Positions 30,601 to 45,600 of a DNA stretch of 64,000 bases are shown here, piece after piece. Each line of letters begins with the position of its first letter. Position 1 is the first letter of the stretch. The notes under the pieces were generated by a model that searched no databases, was not told the origin of the DNA, and was given only the letters and a program-made list of their open reading frames with translations. This stretch comes from Nemertoderma westbladi (Eukaryota; Animalia; Xenacoelomorpha): assembly GCA_032718475.1 (NCBI GenBank), contig JAUCBJ010003773.1, positions 1-64,000 on the forward strand, written 5' to 3'. Position numbers and translations under genes: made by a program.

Positions 30601-33600
30601 ACTATTTGTGTGCTACTATTACTTGCTTCCCACACATAGATACTGTTACTATTTGTGTGCTACTATTACTTGCTTCCCACACATAGATACTGTTACTATT
30701 TGTGAGCTACGTTTATTTGCTTCCCACACATAGATACTGTTACTATTTGTGTGCTACTATTACTTGCTTCCCACACATAGATACTGTTACTATTTGTGTG
30801 CTACGTTTATTTGCTTCGCACACATAGATACTGTTACTATTTGTGAGCTACGTTTATTTGCTTCCCACACATAGATACTGTTACTATTTGTGTGCTACGT
30901 TTATTTGCTTCGCACACATAGATACTGTTACTATTTGTGTGCTACGTTTATTTGCTTCCCACACATAGATACTGTTACTATTTGTGTGCTACGTTTATTT
31001 GCTTCGCACACATAGATACTGTTACTATTTGTGAGCTACGTTTATTTGCTTCGCACACATAGATACTGTTACTATTTGTGTGCTACGTTTATTTGCTTCG
31101 CACACATAGATACTGTTACTATTTGTGTGCTACGTTTATTTGCTTCCCACACATAGATACTGTTACTATTTGTGAGCTACGTTTATTTGCTTCCCACACA
31201 TAGATACTGTTACTATTTGTGTGCTACTATTACTTGCTTCCCACACATAGATACTGTTACTATTTGTGAGCTACGTTTATTTGCTTCGCACACATAGATA
31301 CTGTTACTATTTGTGAGCTACGTTTATTTGCTTCGCACACATAGATACTGTTACTATTTGTGTGCTACTATTACTTGCTTCCCACACATAGATACTGTTA
31401 CTATTTGTGAGCTACGTTTATTTGCTTCCCACACATAGATACTGTTACTATTTGTGAGCTACGTTTATTTGCTTCCCACACATAGATACTGTTACTATTT
31501 GTGTGCTACTATTACTTGCTTCCCACACATAGATACTGTTACTATTTGTGAGCTACGTTTATTTGCTTCGCACACATAGATACTGTTACTATTTGTGTGC
31601 TACTATTACTTGCTTCCCACACATAGATACTGTTACTATTTGTGAGCTACGTTTATTTGCTTCCCACACATAGATACTGTTACTATTTGTGAGCTACGTT
31701 TATTTGCTTCCCACACATAGATACTGTTACTATTTGTGAGCTACGTTTATTTGCTTCCCACACATAGATACTGTTACTATTTGTGAGCTACGTTTATTTG
31801 CTTCGCACACATAGATACTGTTACTATTTGTGTGCTACTATTACTTGCTTCCCACACATAGATACTGTTACTATTTGTGAGCTACGTTTATTTGCTTCCC
31901 ACACATAGATACTGTTACTATTTGTGAGCTACGTTTATTTGCTTCCCACACATAGATACTGTTACTATTTGTGTGCTACTATTACTTGCTTCCCACACAT
32001 AGATACTGTTACTATTTGTGAGCTACGTTTATTTGCTTCGCACACATAGATACTGTTACTATTTGTGTGCTACTATTACTTGCTTCCCACACATAGATAC
32101 TGTTACTATTTGTGAGCTACGTTTATTTGCTTCCCACACATAGATACTGTTACTATTTGTGAGCTACGTTTATTTGCTTCCCACACATAGATACTGTTAC
32201 TATTTGTGTGCTACTATTACTTGCTTCCCACACATAGATACTGTTACTATTTGTGTGCTACTATTACTTGCTTCCCACACATAGATACTGTTACTATTTG
32301 TGAGCTACGTTTATTTGCTTCCCACACATAGATACTGTTACTATTTGTGTGCTACTATTACTTGCTTCCCACACATAGATACTGTTACTATTTGTGTGCT
32401 ACTATTACTTGCTTCCCACACATAGATACTGTTACTATTTGTGAGCTACGTTTATTTGCTTCCCACACATAGATACTGTTACTATTTGTGTGCTACTATT
32501 ACTTGCTTCCCACACATAGATACTGTTACTATTTGTGAGCTACGTTTATTTGCTTCCCACACATAGATACTGTTACTATTTGTGTGCTACGTTTATTTGC
32601 TTCGCACACATAGATACTGTTACTATTTGTGTGCTACGTTTATTTGCTTCCCACACATAGATACTGTTACTATTTGTGTGCTACGTTTATTTGCTTCCCA
32701 CACATAGATACTGTTACTATTTGTGTGCTACGTTTATTTGCTTCCCACACATAGATACTGTTACTATTTGTGTGCTACGTTTATTTGCTTCCCACACATA
32801 GATACTGTTACTATTTGTGAGCTACGTTTATTTGCTTCGCACACATAGATACTGTTACTATTTGTGTGCTACGTTTATTTGCTTCCCACACATAGATACT
32901 GTTACTATTTGTGTGCTACGTTTATTTGCTTCCCACACATAGATACTGTTACTATTTGTGTGCTACGTTTATTTGCTTCCCACACATAGATACTGTTACT
33001 ATTTGTGTGCTACGTTTATTTGCTTCCCACACATAGATACTGTTACTATTTGTGTGCTACGTTTATTTGCTTCCCACACATAGATACTGTTACTATTTGT
33101 GTGCTACGTTTATTTGCTTCCCACACATAGATACTGTTACTATTTGTGTGCTACGTTTATTTGCTTCCCACACATAGATACTGTTACTATTTGTGTGCTA
33201 CGTTTATTTGCTTCCCACACATAGATACTGTTACTATTTGTGTGCTACGTTTATTTGCTTCCCACACATAGATACTGTTACTATTTGTGTGCTACGTTTA
33301 TTTGCTTCGCACACATAGATACTGTTACTATTTGTGAGCTACGTTTATTTGCTTCCCACACATAGATACTGTTACTATTTGTGAGCTACGTTTATTTGCT
33401 TCGCACACATAGATACTGTTACTATTTGTGAGCTACGTTTATTTGCTTCCCACACATAGATACTGTTACTATTTGTGAGCTACGTTTATTTGCTTCGCAC
33501 ACATAGATACTGTTACTATTTGTGTGCTACGTTTATTTGCTTCCCACACATAGATACTGTTACTATTTGTGTGCTACGTTTATTTGCTTCCCACACATAG

Positions 33601-36600
33601 ATACTGTTACTATTTGTGTGCTACGTTTATTTGCTTCCCACACATAGATACTGTTACTATTTGTGTAGCTACGTTTATTTGCTTCCCACACATAGATACT
33701 GTTACTATTTGTGTGCTACGTTTATTTGCTTCCCACACATAGATACTGTTACTATTTGTGTGCTACGTTTATTTGCTTCCCACACATAGATACTGTTACT
33801 ATTTGTGAGCTACGTTTATTTGCTTCGCACACATAGATACTGTTACTATTTGTGAGCTACGTTTATTTGCTTCCCACACATAGATACTGTTACTATTTGT
33901 GTGCTACGTTTATTTGCTTCGCACACATAGATACTGTTACTATTTGTGTGCTACGTTTATTTGCTTCCCACACATAGATACTGTTACTATTTGTGTGCTA
34001 CGTTTATTTGCTTCCCACACATAGATACTGTTACTATTTGTGTGCTACGTTTATTTGCTTCCCACACATAGATACTGTTACTATTTGTGTGCTACGTTTA
34101 TTTGCTTCCCACACATAGATACTGTTACTATTTGTGTGCTACGTTTATTTGCTTCCCACACATAGATACTGTTACTATTTGTGTGCTACGTTTATTTGCT
34201 TCCCACACATAGATACTGTTACTATTTGTGTGCTACGTTTATTTGCTTCCCACACATAGATACTGTTACTATTTGTGTGCTACGTTTATTTGCTTCGCAC
34301 ACATAGATACTGTTACTATTTGTGTGCTACGTTTATTTGCTTCCCACACATAGATACTGTTACTATTTGTGTGCTACGTTTATTTGCTTCGCACACATAG
34401 ATACTGTTACTATTTGTGTGCTACGTTTATTTGCTTCGCACACATAGATACTGTTACTATTTGTGTGCTACGTTTATTTGCTTCCCACACATAGATACTG
34501 TTACTATTTGTGTGCTACGTTTATTTGCTTCCCACACATAGATACTGTTACTATTTGTGTGCTACGTTTATTTGCTTCGCACACATAGATACTGTTACTA
34601 TTTGTGTGCTACTATTACTTGCTTCCCACACATAGATACTGTTACTATTTGTGTGCTACGTTTATTTGCTTCGCACACATAGATACTGTTACTATTTGTG
34701 AGCTACGTTTATTTGCTTCGCACACATAGATACTGTTACTATTTGTGTGCTACGTTTATTTGCTTCCCACACATAGATACTGTTACTATTTGTGAGCTAC
34801 GTTTATTTGCTTCGCACACATAGATACTGTTACTATTTGTGTGCTACGTTTATTTGCTTCCCACACATAGATACTGTTACTATTTGTGTGCTACGTTTAT
34901 TTGCTTCGCACACATAGATACTGTTACTATTTGTGTGCTACGTTTATTTGCTTCCCACACATAGATACTGTTACTATTTGTGTGCTACGTTTATTTGCTT
35001 CGCACACATAGATACTGTTACTATTTGTGTGCTACGTTTATTTGCTTCCCACACATAGATACTGTTACTATTTGTGTGCTACGTTTATTTGCTTCGCACA
35101 CATAGATACTGTTACTATTTGTGTGCTACGTTTATTTGCTTCGCACACATAGATACTGTTACTATTTGTGTGCTACGTTTATTTGCTTCGCACACATAGA
35201 TACTGTTACTATTTGTGAGCTACGTTTATTTGCTTCCCACACATAGATACTGTTACTATTTGTGTGCTACTATTACTTGCTTCCCACACATAGATACTGT
35301 TACTATTTGTGTGCTACGTTTATTTGCTTCCCACACATAGATACTGTTACTATTTGTGTGCTACGTTTATTTGCTTCGCACACATAGATACTGTTACTAT
35401 TTGTGTGCTACGTTTATTTGCTTCGCACACATAGATACTGTTACTATTTGTGAGCTACGTTTATTTGCTTCCCACACATAGATACTGTTACTATTTGTGT
35501 GCTACGTTTATTTGCTTCGCACACATAGATACTGTTACTATTTGTGTGCTACTATTACTTGCTTCCCACACATAGATACTGTTACTATTTGTGTGCTACG
35601 TTTATTTGCTTCGCACACATAGATACTGTTACTATTTGTGTGCTACGTTTATTTGCTTCCCACACATAGATACTGTTACTATTTGTGAGCTACGTTTATT
35701 TGCTTCGCACACATAGATACTGTTACTATTTGTGTGCTACGTTTATTTGCTTCGCACACATAGATACTGTTACTATTTGTGTGCTACGTTTATTTGCTTC
35801 GCACACATAGATACTGTTACTATTTGTGTGCTACGTTTATTTGCTTCCCACACATAGATACTGTTACTATTTGTGTGCTACGTTTATTTGCTTCCCACAC
35901 ATAGATACTGTTACTATTTGTGAGCTACGTTTATTTGCTTCCCACACATAGATACTGTTACTATTTGTGAGCTACGTTTATTTGCTTCGCACACATAGAT
36001 ACTGTTACTATTTGTGTGCTACGTTTATTTGCTTCCCACACATAGATACTGTTACTATTTGTGTGCTACGTTTATTTGCTTCCCACACATAGATACTGTT
36101 ACTATTTGTGAGCTACGTTTATTTGCTTCGCACACATAGATACTGTTACTATTTGTGAGCTACGTTTATTTGCTTCGCACACATAGATACTGTTACTATT
36201 TGTGTGCTACGTTTATTTGCTTCGCACACATAGATACTGTTACTATTTGTGTGCTACGTTTATTTGCTTCCCACACATAGATACTGTTACTATTTGTGTG
36301 CTACGTTTATTTGCTTCGCACACATAGATACTGTTACTATTTGTGTGCTACGTTTATTTGCTTCGCACACATAGATACTGTTACTATTTGTGTGCTACGT
36401 TTATTTGCTTCCCACACATAGATACTGTTACTATTTGTGTGCTACTATTATTTGCTTCGCACACATAGATACTGTTACTATTTGTGTGCTACTATTACTT
36501 GCTTCCCACACATAGATACTGTTACTATTTGTGAGCTACGTTTATTTGCTTCCCACACATAGATACTGTTACTATTTGTGTGCTACGTTTATTTGCTTCC

Positions 36601-39600
36601 CACACATAGATACTGTTACTATTTGTGAGCTACGTTTATTTGCTTCGCACACATAGATACTGTTACTATTTGTGTGCTACTATTACTTGCTTCCCACACA
36701 TAGATACTGTTACTATTTGTGAGCTACGTTTATTTGCTTCCCACACATAGATACTGTTACTATTTGTGTGCTACGTTTATTTGCTTCCCACACATAGATA
36801 CTGTTACTATTTGTGAGCTACGTTTATTTGCTTCGCACACATAGATACTGTTACTATTTGTGTGCTACTATTACTTGCTTCCCACACATAGATACTGTTA
36901 CTATTTGTGAGCTACGTTTATTTGCTTCGCACACATAGATACTGTTACTATTTGTGTGCTACTATTACTTGCTTCCCACACATAGATACTGTTACTATTT
37001 GTGAGCTACGTTTATTTGCTTCGCACACATAGATACTGTTACTATTTGTGAGCTACGTTTATTTGCTTCGCACACATAGATACTGTTACTATTTGTGTGC
37101 TACTATTACTTGCTTCCCACACATAGATACTGTTACTATTTGTGAGCTACGTTTATTTGCTTCGCACACATAGATACTGTTACTATTTGTGTGCTACTAT
37201 TACTTGCTTCCCACACATAGATACTGTTACTATTTGTGAGCTACGTTTATTTGCTTCGCACACATAGATACTGTTACTATTTGTGAGCTACGTTTATTTG
37301 CTTCGCACACATAGATACTGTTACTATTTGTGTGCTACGTTTATTTGCTTCGCACACATAGATACTGTTACTATTTGTGTGCTACGTTTATTTGCTTCGC
37401 ACACATAGATACTGTTACTATTTGTGTGCTACGTTTATTTGCTTCCCACACATAGATACTGTTACTATTTGTGAGCTACGTTTATTTGCTTCGCACACAT
37501 AGATACTGTTACTATTTGTGTGCTACGTTTATTTGCTTCCCACACATAGATACTGTTACTATTTGTGAGCTACGTTTATTTGCTTCGCACACATAGATAC
37601 TGTTACTATTTGTGTGCTACGTTTATTTGCTTCGCACACATAGATACTGTTACTATTTGTGTGCTACGTTTATTTGCTTCGCACACATAGATACTGTTAC
37701 TATTTGTGTGCTACGTTTATTTGCTTCGCACACATAGATACTGTTACTATTTGTGTGCTACTATTACTTGCTTCCCACACATAGATACTGTTACTATTTG
37801 TGTGCTACTATTACTTGCTTCGCACACATAGATACTGTTACTATTTGTGTGCTACTATTACTTGCTTCCCACACATAGATACTGTTACTATTTGTGTGCT
37901 ACGTTTATTTGCTTCCCACACATAGATACTGTTACTATTTGTGTGCTACTATTACTTGCTTCCCACACATAGATACTGTTACTATTTGTGTGCTACGTTT
38001 ATTTGCTTCGCACACATAGATACTGTTACTATTTGTGTGCTACGTTTATTTGCTTCGCACACATAGATACTGTTACTATTTGTGTGCTACGTTTATTTGC
38101 TTCGCACACATAGATACTGTTACTATTTGTGTGCTACTATTACTTGCTTCCCACACATAGATACTGTTACTATTTGTGTGCTTCTATTACTTGCTTCCCA
38201 CACATAGATACTGTTACTATTTGTGTGCTACGTTTATTTGCTTCGCACACATAGATACTGTTACTATTTGTGTGCTACGTTTATTTGCTTCGCACACATA
38301 GATACTGTTACTATTTGTGTGCTACTATTACTTGCTTCCCACACATAGATACTGTTACTATTTGTGTGCTTCTATTACTTGCTTCCCACACATAGATACT
38401 GTTACTATTTGTGTGCTACGTTTATTTGCTTCGCACACATAGATACTGTTACTATTTGTGTGCTACTATTACTTGCTTCCCACACATAGATACTGTTACT
38501 ATTTGTGTGCTTCTATTACTTGCTTCCCACACATAGATACTGTTACTATTTGTGTGCTACTATTACTTGCTTCCCACACATAGATACTGTTACTATTTGT
38601 GTGCTTCTATTACTTGCTTCCCACACATAGATACTGTTACTATTTGTGTGCTACTATTACTTGCTTCCCACACATAGATACTGTTACTATTTGTGTGCTT
38701 CTATTACTTGCTTCCCACACATAGATACTGTTACTATTTGTGTGCTACGTTTATTTGCTTCGCACACATAGATACTGTTACTATTTGTGTGCTACGTTTA
38801 TTTGCTTCGCACACACAGATACTGTTACTATTTGTGTGCTACGTTTATTTGCTTCGCACACATAGATACTGTTACTATTTGTGTGCTACGTTTATTTGCT
38901 TCGCACACATAGATACTGTTACTATTTGTGTGCTACGTTTATTTGCTTCGCACACATAGATACTGTTACTATTTGTGTGCTACGTTTATTTGCTTCGCAC
39001 ACATAGATACTGTTACTATTTGTGTGCTACTATTACTTGCTTCCCACACATAGATACTGTTACTATTTGTGTGCTACTATTACTTGCTTCCCACACATAG
39101 ATACTGTTACTATTTGTGTGCTACTATTACTTGCTTCCCACACATAGATACTGTTACTATTTGTGTGCTACTATTACTTGCTTCGCACACATAGATACTG
39201 TTACTATTTGTGTGCTACTATTACTTGCTTCCCACACATAGATACTGTTACTATTTGTGTGCTACGTTTATTTGCTTCGCACACATAGATACTGTTACTA
39301 TTTGTGTGCTACTATTACTTGCTTCCCACACATAGATACTGTTACTATTTGTGTGCTTCTATTACTTGCTTCCCACACATAGATACTGTTACTATTTGTG
39401 TGCTACTATTACTTGCTTCCCACACATAGATACTGTTACTATTTGTGTGCTTCTATTACTTGCTTCCCACACATAGATACTGTTACTATTTGTGTGCTAC
39501 GTTTATTTGCTTCGCACACATAGATACTGTTACTATTTGTGTGCTACGTTTATTTGCTTCGCACACATAGATACTGTTACTATTTGTGTGCTACGTTTAT

Positions 39601-42600
39601 TTGCTTCGCACACATAGATACTGTTACTATTTGTGTGCTACGTTTATTTGCTTCGCACACATAGATACTGTTACTATTTGTGTGCTACGTTTACTTGCTT
39701 CCCACACATAGATACTGGTACTATTTGTGTGCTACGTTTATTTGCTTCGCACACATAGATACTGTTACTATTTGTGTGCTACTATTACTTGCTTCCCACA
39801 CATAGATACTGTTACTATTTGTGAGCTACGTTTATTTGCTTCCCACACATAGATACTGTTACTATTTGTGTGCTACTATTACTTGCTTCCCACACATAGA
39901 TACTGGTACTATTTGTGTGCTACGTTTATTTGCTTCGCACACATAGATACTGTTACTATTTGTGAGCTACGTTTATTTGCTTCCCACACATAGATACTGT
40001 TACTATTTGTGTGCTACGTTTATTTGCTTCGCACACATAGATACTGTTACTATTTGTGTGCTACTATTACTTGCTTCCCACACATAGATACTGGTACTAT
40101 TTGTGTGCTACTATTACTTGCTTCCCACACATAGATACTGGTACTATTTGTGTGCTACGTTTATTTGCTTCGCACACATAGATACTGTTACTATTTGTGT
40201 GCTACGTTTATTTGCTTCGCACACATAGATACTGTTACTATTTGTGTGCTACTATTACTTGCTTCCCACACATAGATACTGTTACTATTTGTGTGCTACT
40301 ATTACTTGCTTCCCACTCATAGATACTGTTACTATTTGTGTGCTACGTTTATTTGCTTCGCACACATAGATACTGTTACTATTTGTGTGCTACTATTACT
40401 TGCTTCCCACACATAGATACTGGTACTATTTGTGTGCTACGTTTATTTGCTTCGCACACATAGATACTGTTACTATTTGTGTGCTACTATTACTTGCTTC
40501 CCACACATAGATACTGTTACTATTTGTGAGCTACGTTTATTTGCTTCCCACACATAGATACTGTTACTATTTGTGAGCTACGTTTATTTGCTTCCCACAC
40601 ATAGATACTGTTACTATTTGTGTGCTACTATTACTTGCTTCCCACACATAGATACTGTTACTATTTGTGAGCTACGTTTATTTGCTTCGCACACATAGAT
40701 ACTGTTACTATTTGTGTGCTACTATTACTTGCTTCCCACACATAGATACTGTTACTATTTGTGTGCTACTATTACTTGCTTCCCACACATAGATACTGTT
40801 ACTATTTGTGTGCTACTATTACTTGCTTCCCACACATAGATACTGTTACTATTTGTGTGCTACTATTACTTGCTTCCCACACATAGATACTGTTACTATT
40901 TGTGTGCTACTATTACTTGCTTCCCACACATAGATACTGTTACTATTTGTGTGCTACTATTACTTGCTTCCCACACATAGATACTGTTACTATTTGTGTG
41001 CTACTATTACTTGCTTCCCACACATAGATACTGTTACTATTTGTGTGCTACTATTACTTGCTTCCCACACATAGATACTGTTACTATTTGTGTGCTACTA
41101 TTACTTGCTTCCCACACATAGATACTGTTACTATTTGTGAGCTACGTTTATTTGCTTCGCACACATAGATACTGTTACTATTTGTGTGCTACTATTACTT
41201 GCTTCCCACACATAGATACTGTTACTATTTGTGTGCTACTATTACTTGCTTCCCACACATAGATACTGTTACTATTTGTGTGCTACGTTTATTTGCTTCG
41301 CACACATAGATACTGTTACTATTTGTGTGCTACGTTTATTTGCTTCGCACACATAGATACTGTTACTATTTGTGTGCTACTATTACTTGCTTCCCACACA
41401 TAGATACTGGTACTATTTGTGTGCTACTATTACTTGCTTCCCACACATAGATACTGTTACTATTTGTGTGCTACGTTTATTTGCTTCGCACACATAGATA
41501 CTGTTACTATTTGTGTGCTACTATTACTTGCTTCCCACACATAGATACTGTTACTATTTGTGTGCTACGTTTATTTGCTTCGCACACATAGATACTGTTA
41601 CTATTTGTGTGCTACTATTACTTGCTTCCCACACATAGATACTGTTACTATTTGTGTGCTACTATTACTTGCTTCCCACACATAGATACTGTTACTATTT
41701 GTGTGCTACGTTTATTTGCTTCGCACACATAGATACTGTTACTATTTGTGTGCTACTATTACTTGCTTCCCACACATAGATACTGTTACTATTTGTGTGC
41801 TACTATTACTTGCTTCCCACACATAGATACTGTTACTATTTGTGTGCTACGTTTATTTGCTTCGCACACATAGATACTGTTACTATTTGTGTGCTACTAT
41901 TACTTGCTTCCCACACATAGATACTGGTACTATTTGTGTGCTACGTTTATTTGCTTCGCACACATAGATACTGTTACTATTTGTGTGCTACGTATTACTT
42001 GCTTCGCACACATAGATACTGTTACTATTTGTGTGCTACGTATTACTTGCTTCCCACACATAGATACTGGTACTATTTGTGTGCTACGTTTATTTGCTTC
42101 CCACACATAGATACTGTTACTATTTGTGTGCTACTATTACTTGCTTCCCACACATAGATACTGTTACTATTCGTGTGCTACTATTACTTGCTTCCCACAC
42201 ATAGATACTGTTACTATTTGTGTGCTACGTTTACTTGCTTCCCACACATAGATACTGTTACTATTTGTGTGCTACTATTATTTGCTTCCCACACATAGAT
42301 ACTGTTACTATTTGTGTGCTACTATTATTTGCTTCCCACACATAGATACTGTTACTATTTGTGTGCTACTATTACTTGCTTCCCACACATAGATACTGTT
42401 ACTATTTGTGTGCTACGTTTATTTGCTTCCCACACATAGATACTGTTACTATTTGTGTGCTACTATTACTTGCTTCCCACACATAGATACTGTTACTATT
42501 TGTGTGCTACTATTACTTGCTTCCCACACATAGATACTGTTACTATTTGTGTGCTACTATTACTTGCTTCCCACACATAGATACTGTTACTATTTGTGTG

Positions 42601-45600
42601 CTACTATTACTTGCTTCCCACACATAGATACTGTTACTATTTGTGTGCTACGTTTATTTGCTTCGCACACATAGATACTGTTACTATTTGTGTGCTACTA
42701 TTACTTGCTTCCCACACATAGATACTGTTACTATTTGTGTACTATTATTACTTGCTTCCCACACATAGATACTGTTACTATTTGTGTACTATTATTACTT
42801 GCTTCCCACACATAGATACTGTTACTATTTGTGTACTACGTTTATTTGCTTCCCACACATAGATACTGTTACTATTTGTGTGCTACGTTTATTTGCTTCC
42901 CACACATAGATACTGTTACTATTTGTGTGCTACTATTACTTGCTTCCCACACATAGATACTGTTACTATTTGTGTGCTACTATTACTTGCTTCCCACACA
43001 TAGATACTGGTACTATTTGTGTGCTACTATTACTTGCTTCCCACACATAGATACTGTTACTATTTGTGTACTACGTTTACTTGCTTCCCACACATAGATA
43101 CTGTTACTATTTGTATGCTACTATTACTTGCTTCCCACACATAGATACTGTTACTATTTGTGTGCTACTATTACTTGCTTCCCACACATAGATACTGTTA
43201 CTATTTGTGTGCTACGTTTATTTGCTTCCCACACATAGATACTGTTACTATTTGTGTGCTACTATTACTTGCTTCCCACACATAGATACTGTTACTATTT
43301 GTGTGCTACGTTTATTTGCTTCCCACACATAGATACTGTTACTATTTGTGTGCTACGTTTATTTGCTTCCCACACATAGATACTGTTACTATTTGTGTGC
43401 TACTATTATTTGCTTCCCACACATAGATACTGTTACTATTTGTGTGCTACGTTTATTTGCTTCCCACTCATAGATACTGTTACTATTTGTGTGCTACTAT
43501 TATTTGCTTCCCACTCATAGATACTGTTACTATTTGTGTGCTACTATTACTTGCTTCCCACACATAGATACTGTTACTATTTGTGTGCTACGTTTATTTG
43601 CTTCCCACACATAGATACTGTTACTATTTGTGTGCTACGTTTATTTGCTTCCCACACATAGATACTGTTACTATTTGTGTGCTACGTTTATTTGCTTCCC
43701 ACACATAGATACTGTTACTATTTGTGTGCTACTATTACTTGCTTCCCACACATAGATACTGTTACTATTTGTGTGCTACGTTTATTTGCTTCCCACACAT
43801 AGATACTGGTACTATTTGTGTGCTACGTTTATTTGCTTCCCACACATAGATACTGTTACTATTTGTGTGCTACGTTTATTTGCTTCCCACACATAGATAC
43901 TGGTACTATTTGTGTGCTACTATTACTTGCTTCCCACACATAGATACTGTTACTATTTGTGTGCTACGTTTATTTGCTTCCCACACATAGATACTGTTAC
44001 TATTTGTGTGCTACGTTTATTTGCTTCCCACACATAGATACTGTTACTATTTGTGTGCTACGTTTATTTGCTTCCCACTCATAGATACTGTTACTATTTG
44101 TGTGCTACGTTTATTTGCTTCCCACACATAGATACTGTTACTATTTGTGTGCTACGTTTATTTGCTTCCCACACATAGATACTGTTACTATTTGTGTGCT
44201 ACTATTATTTGCTTCCCACACATAGATACTGTTACTATTTGTGTGCTACGTTTATTTGCTTCCCACACATAGATACTGTTACTATTTGTGTGCTACGTTT
44301 ATTTGCTTCCCACACATAGATACTGTAACTATTTGTGTGCTACTATTACTTGCTTCCCACACATAGATACTGTTACTATTTGTGTACTATTATTACTTGC
44401 TTCCCACACATAGATACTGTTACTATTTGTGTGCTACGTTTATTTGCTTCCCACACATAGATACTGTTACTATTTGTGTGCTACGTTTATTTGCTTCCCA
44501 CACATAGATACTGTTACTATTTGTGTGCTACGTTTATTTGCTTCCCACTCATAGATACTGTTACTATTTGTGTGCTACGTTTATTTGCTTCCCACACATA
44601 GATACTGTTACTATTTGTGTGCTACGTTTATTTGCTTCCCACACATAGATACTGTTACTATTTGTGTGCTACTATTATTTGCTTCCCACACATAGATACT
44701 GTTACTATTTGTGTGCTACGTTTATTTGCTTCCCACACATAGATACTGTTACTATTTGTGTGCTACGTTTATTTGCTTCCCACACATAGATACTGTTACT
44801 ATTTGTGTGCTACTATTACTTGCTTCCCACACATAGATACTGTTACTATTTGTGTGCTACTATTATTTGCTTCCCACACATAGATACTGTTACTATTTGT
44901 GTGCTACGTTTATTTGCTTCCCACACATAGATACTGTTACTATTTGTGTGCTACGTTTATTTGCTTCCCACACATAGATACTGTTACTATTTGTGTGCTA
45001 CTATTACTTGCTTCCTCCAACACATAGATACTGTTACTATTTGTGTGCTACTATTACTTGCTTCCCACACATAGATACTGTTACTATTTGTCTGCTACGT
45101 TTATTTGCTTCCCACACATAGATACTGTTACTATTTGTGTGCTACGTTTATTTGCTTCCCACACATAGATACTGTTACTATTTGTCTGCTACGTTTATTT
45201 GCTTCCCACACATAGATACTGTTACTATTTGTGTGCTACGTTTATTTGCTTCCCACTCATAGATACTGTTACTATTTGTGTGCTACGTTTATTTGCTTCC
45301 CACACATAGATACTGTTACTATTTGTGTGCTACTATTACTTGCTTCCCACACATAGATACTGTTACTATTTGTGTGCTACGTTTATTTGCTTCCCACACA
45401 TAGATACTGTTACTATTTGTCTGCTACGTTTATTTGCTTCCCACACATAGATACTGTTACTATTTGTGTGCTACGTTTATTTGCTTCCCACACATAGATA
45501 CTGTTACTATTTGTCTGCTACGTTTATTTGCTTCCCACACATAGATACTGTTACTATTTGTGTGCTACGTTTATTTGCTTCCCACACATAGATACTGTTA

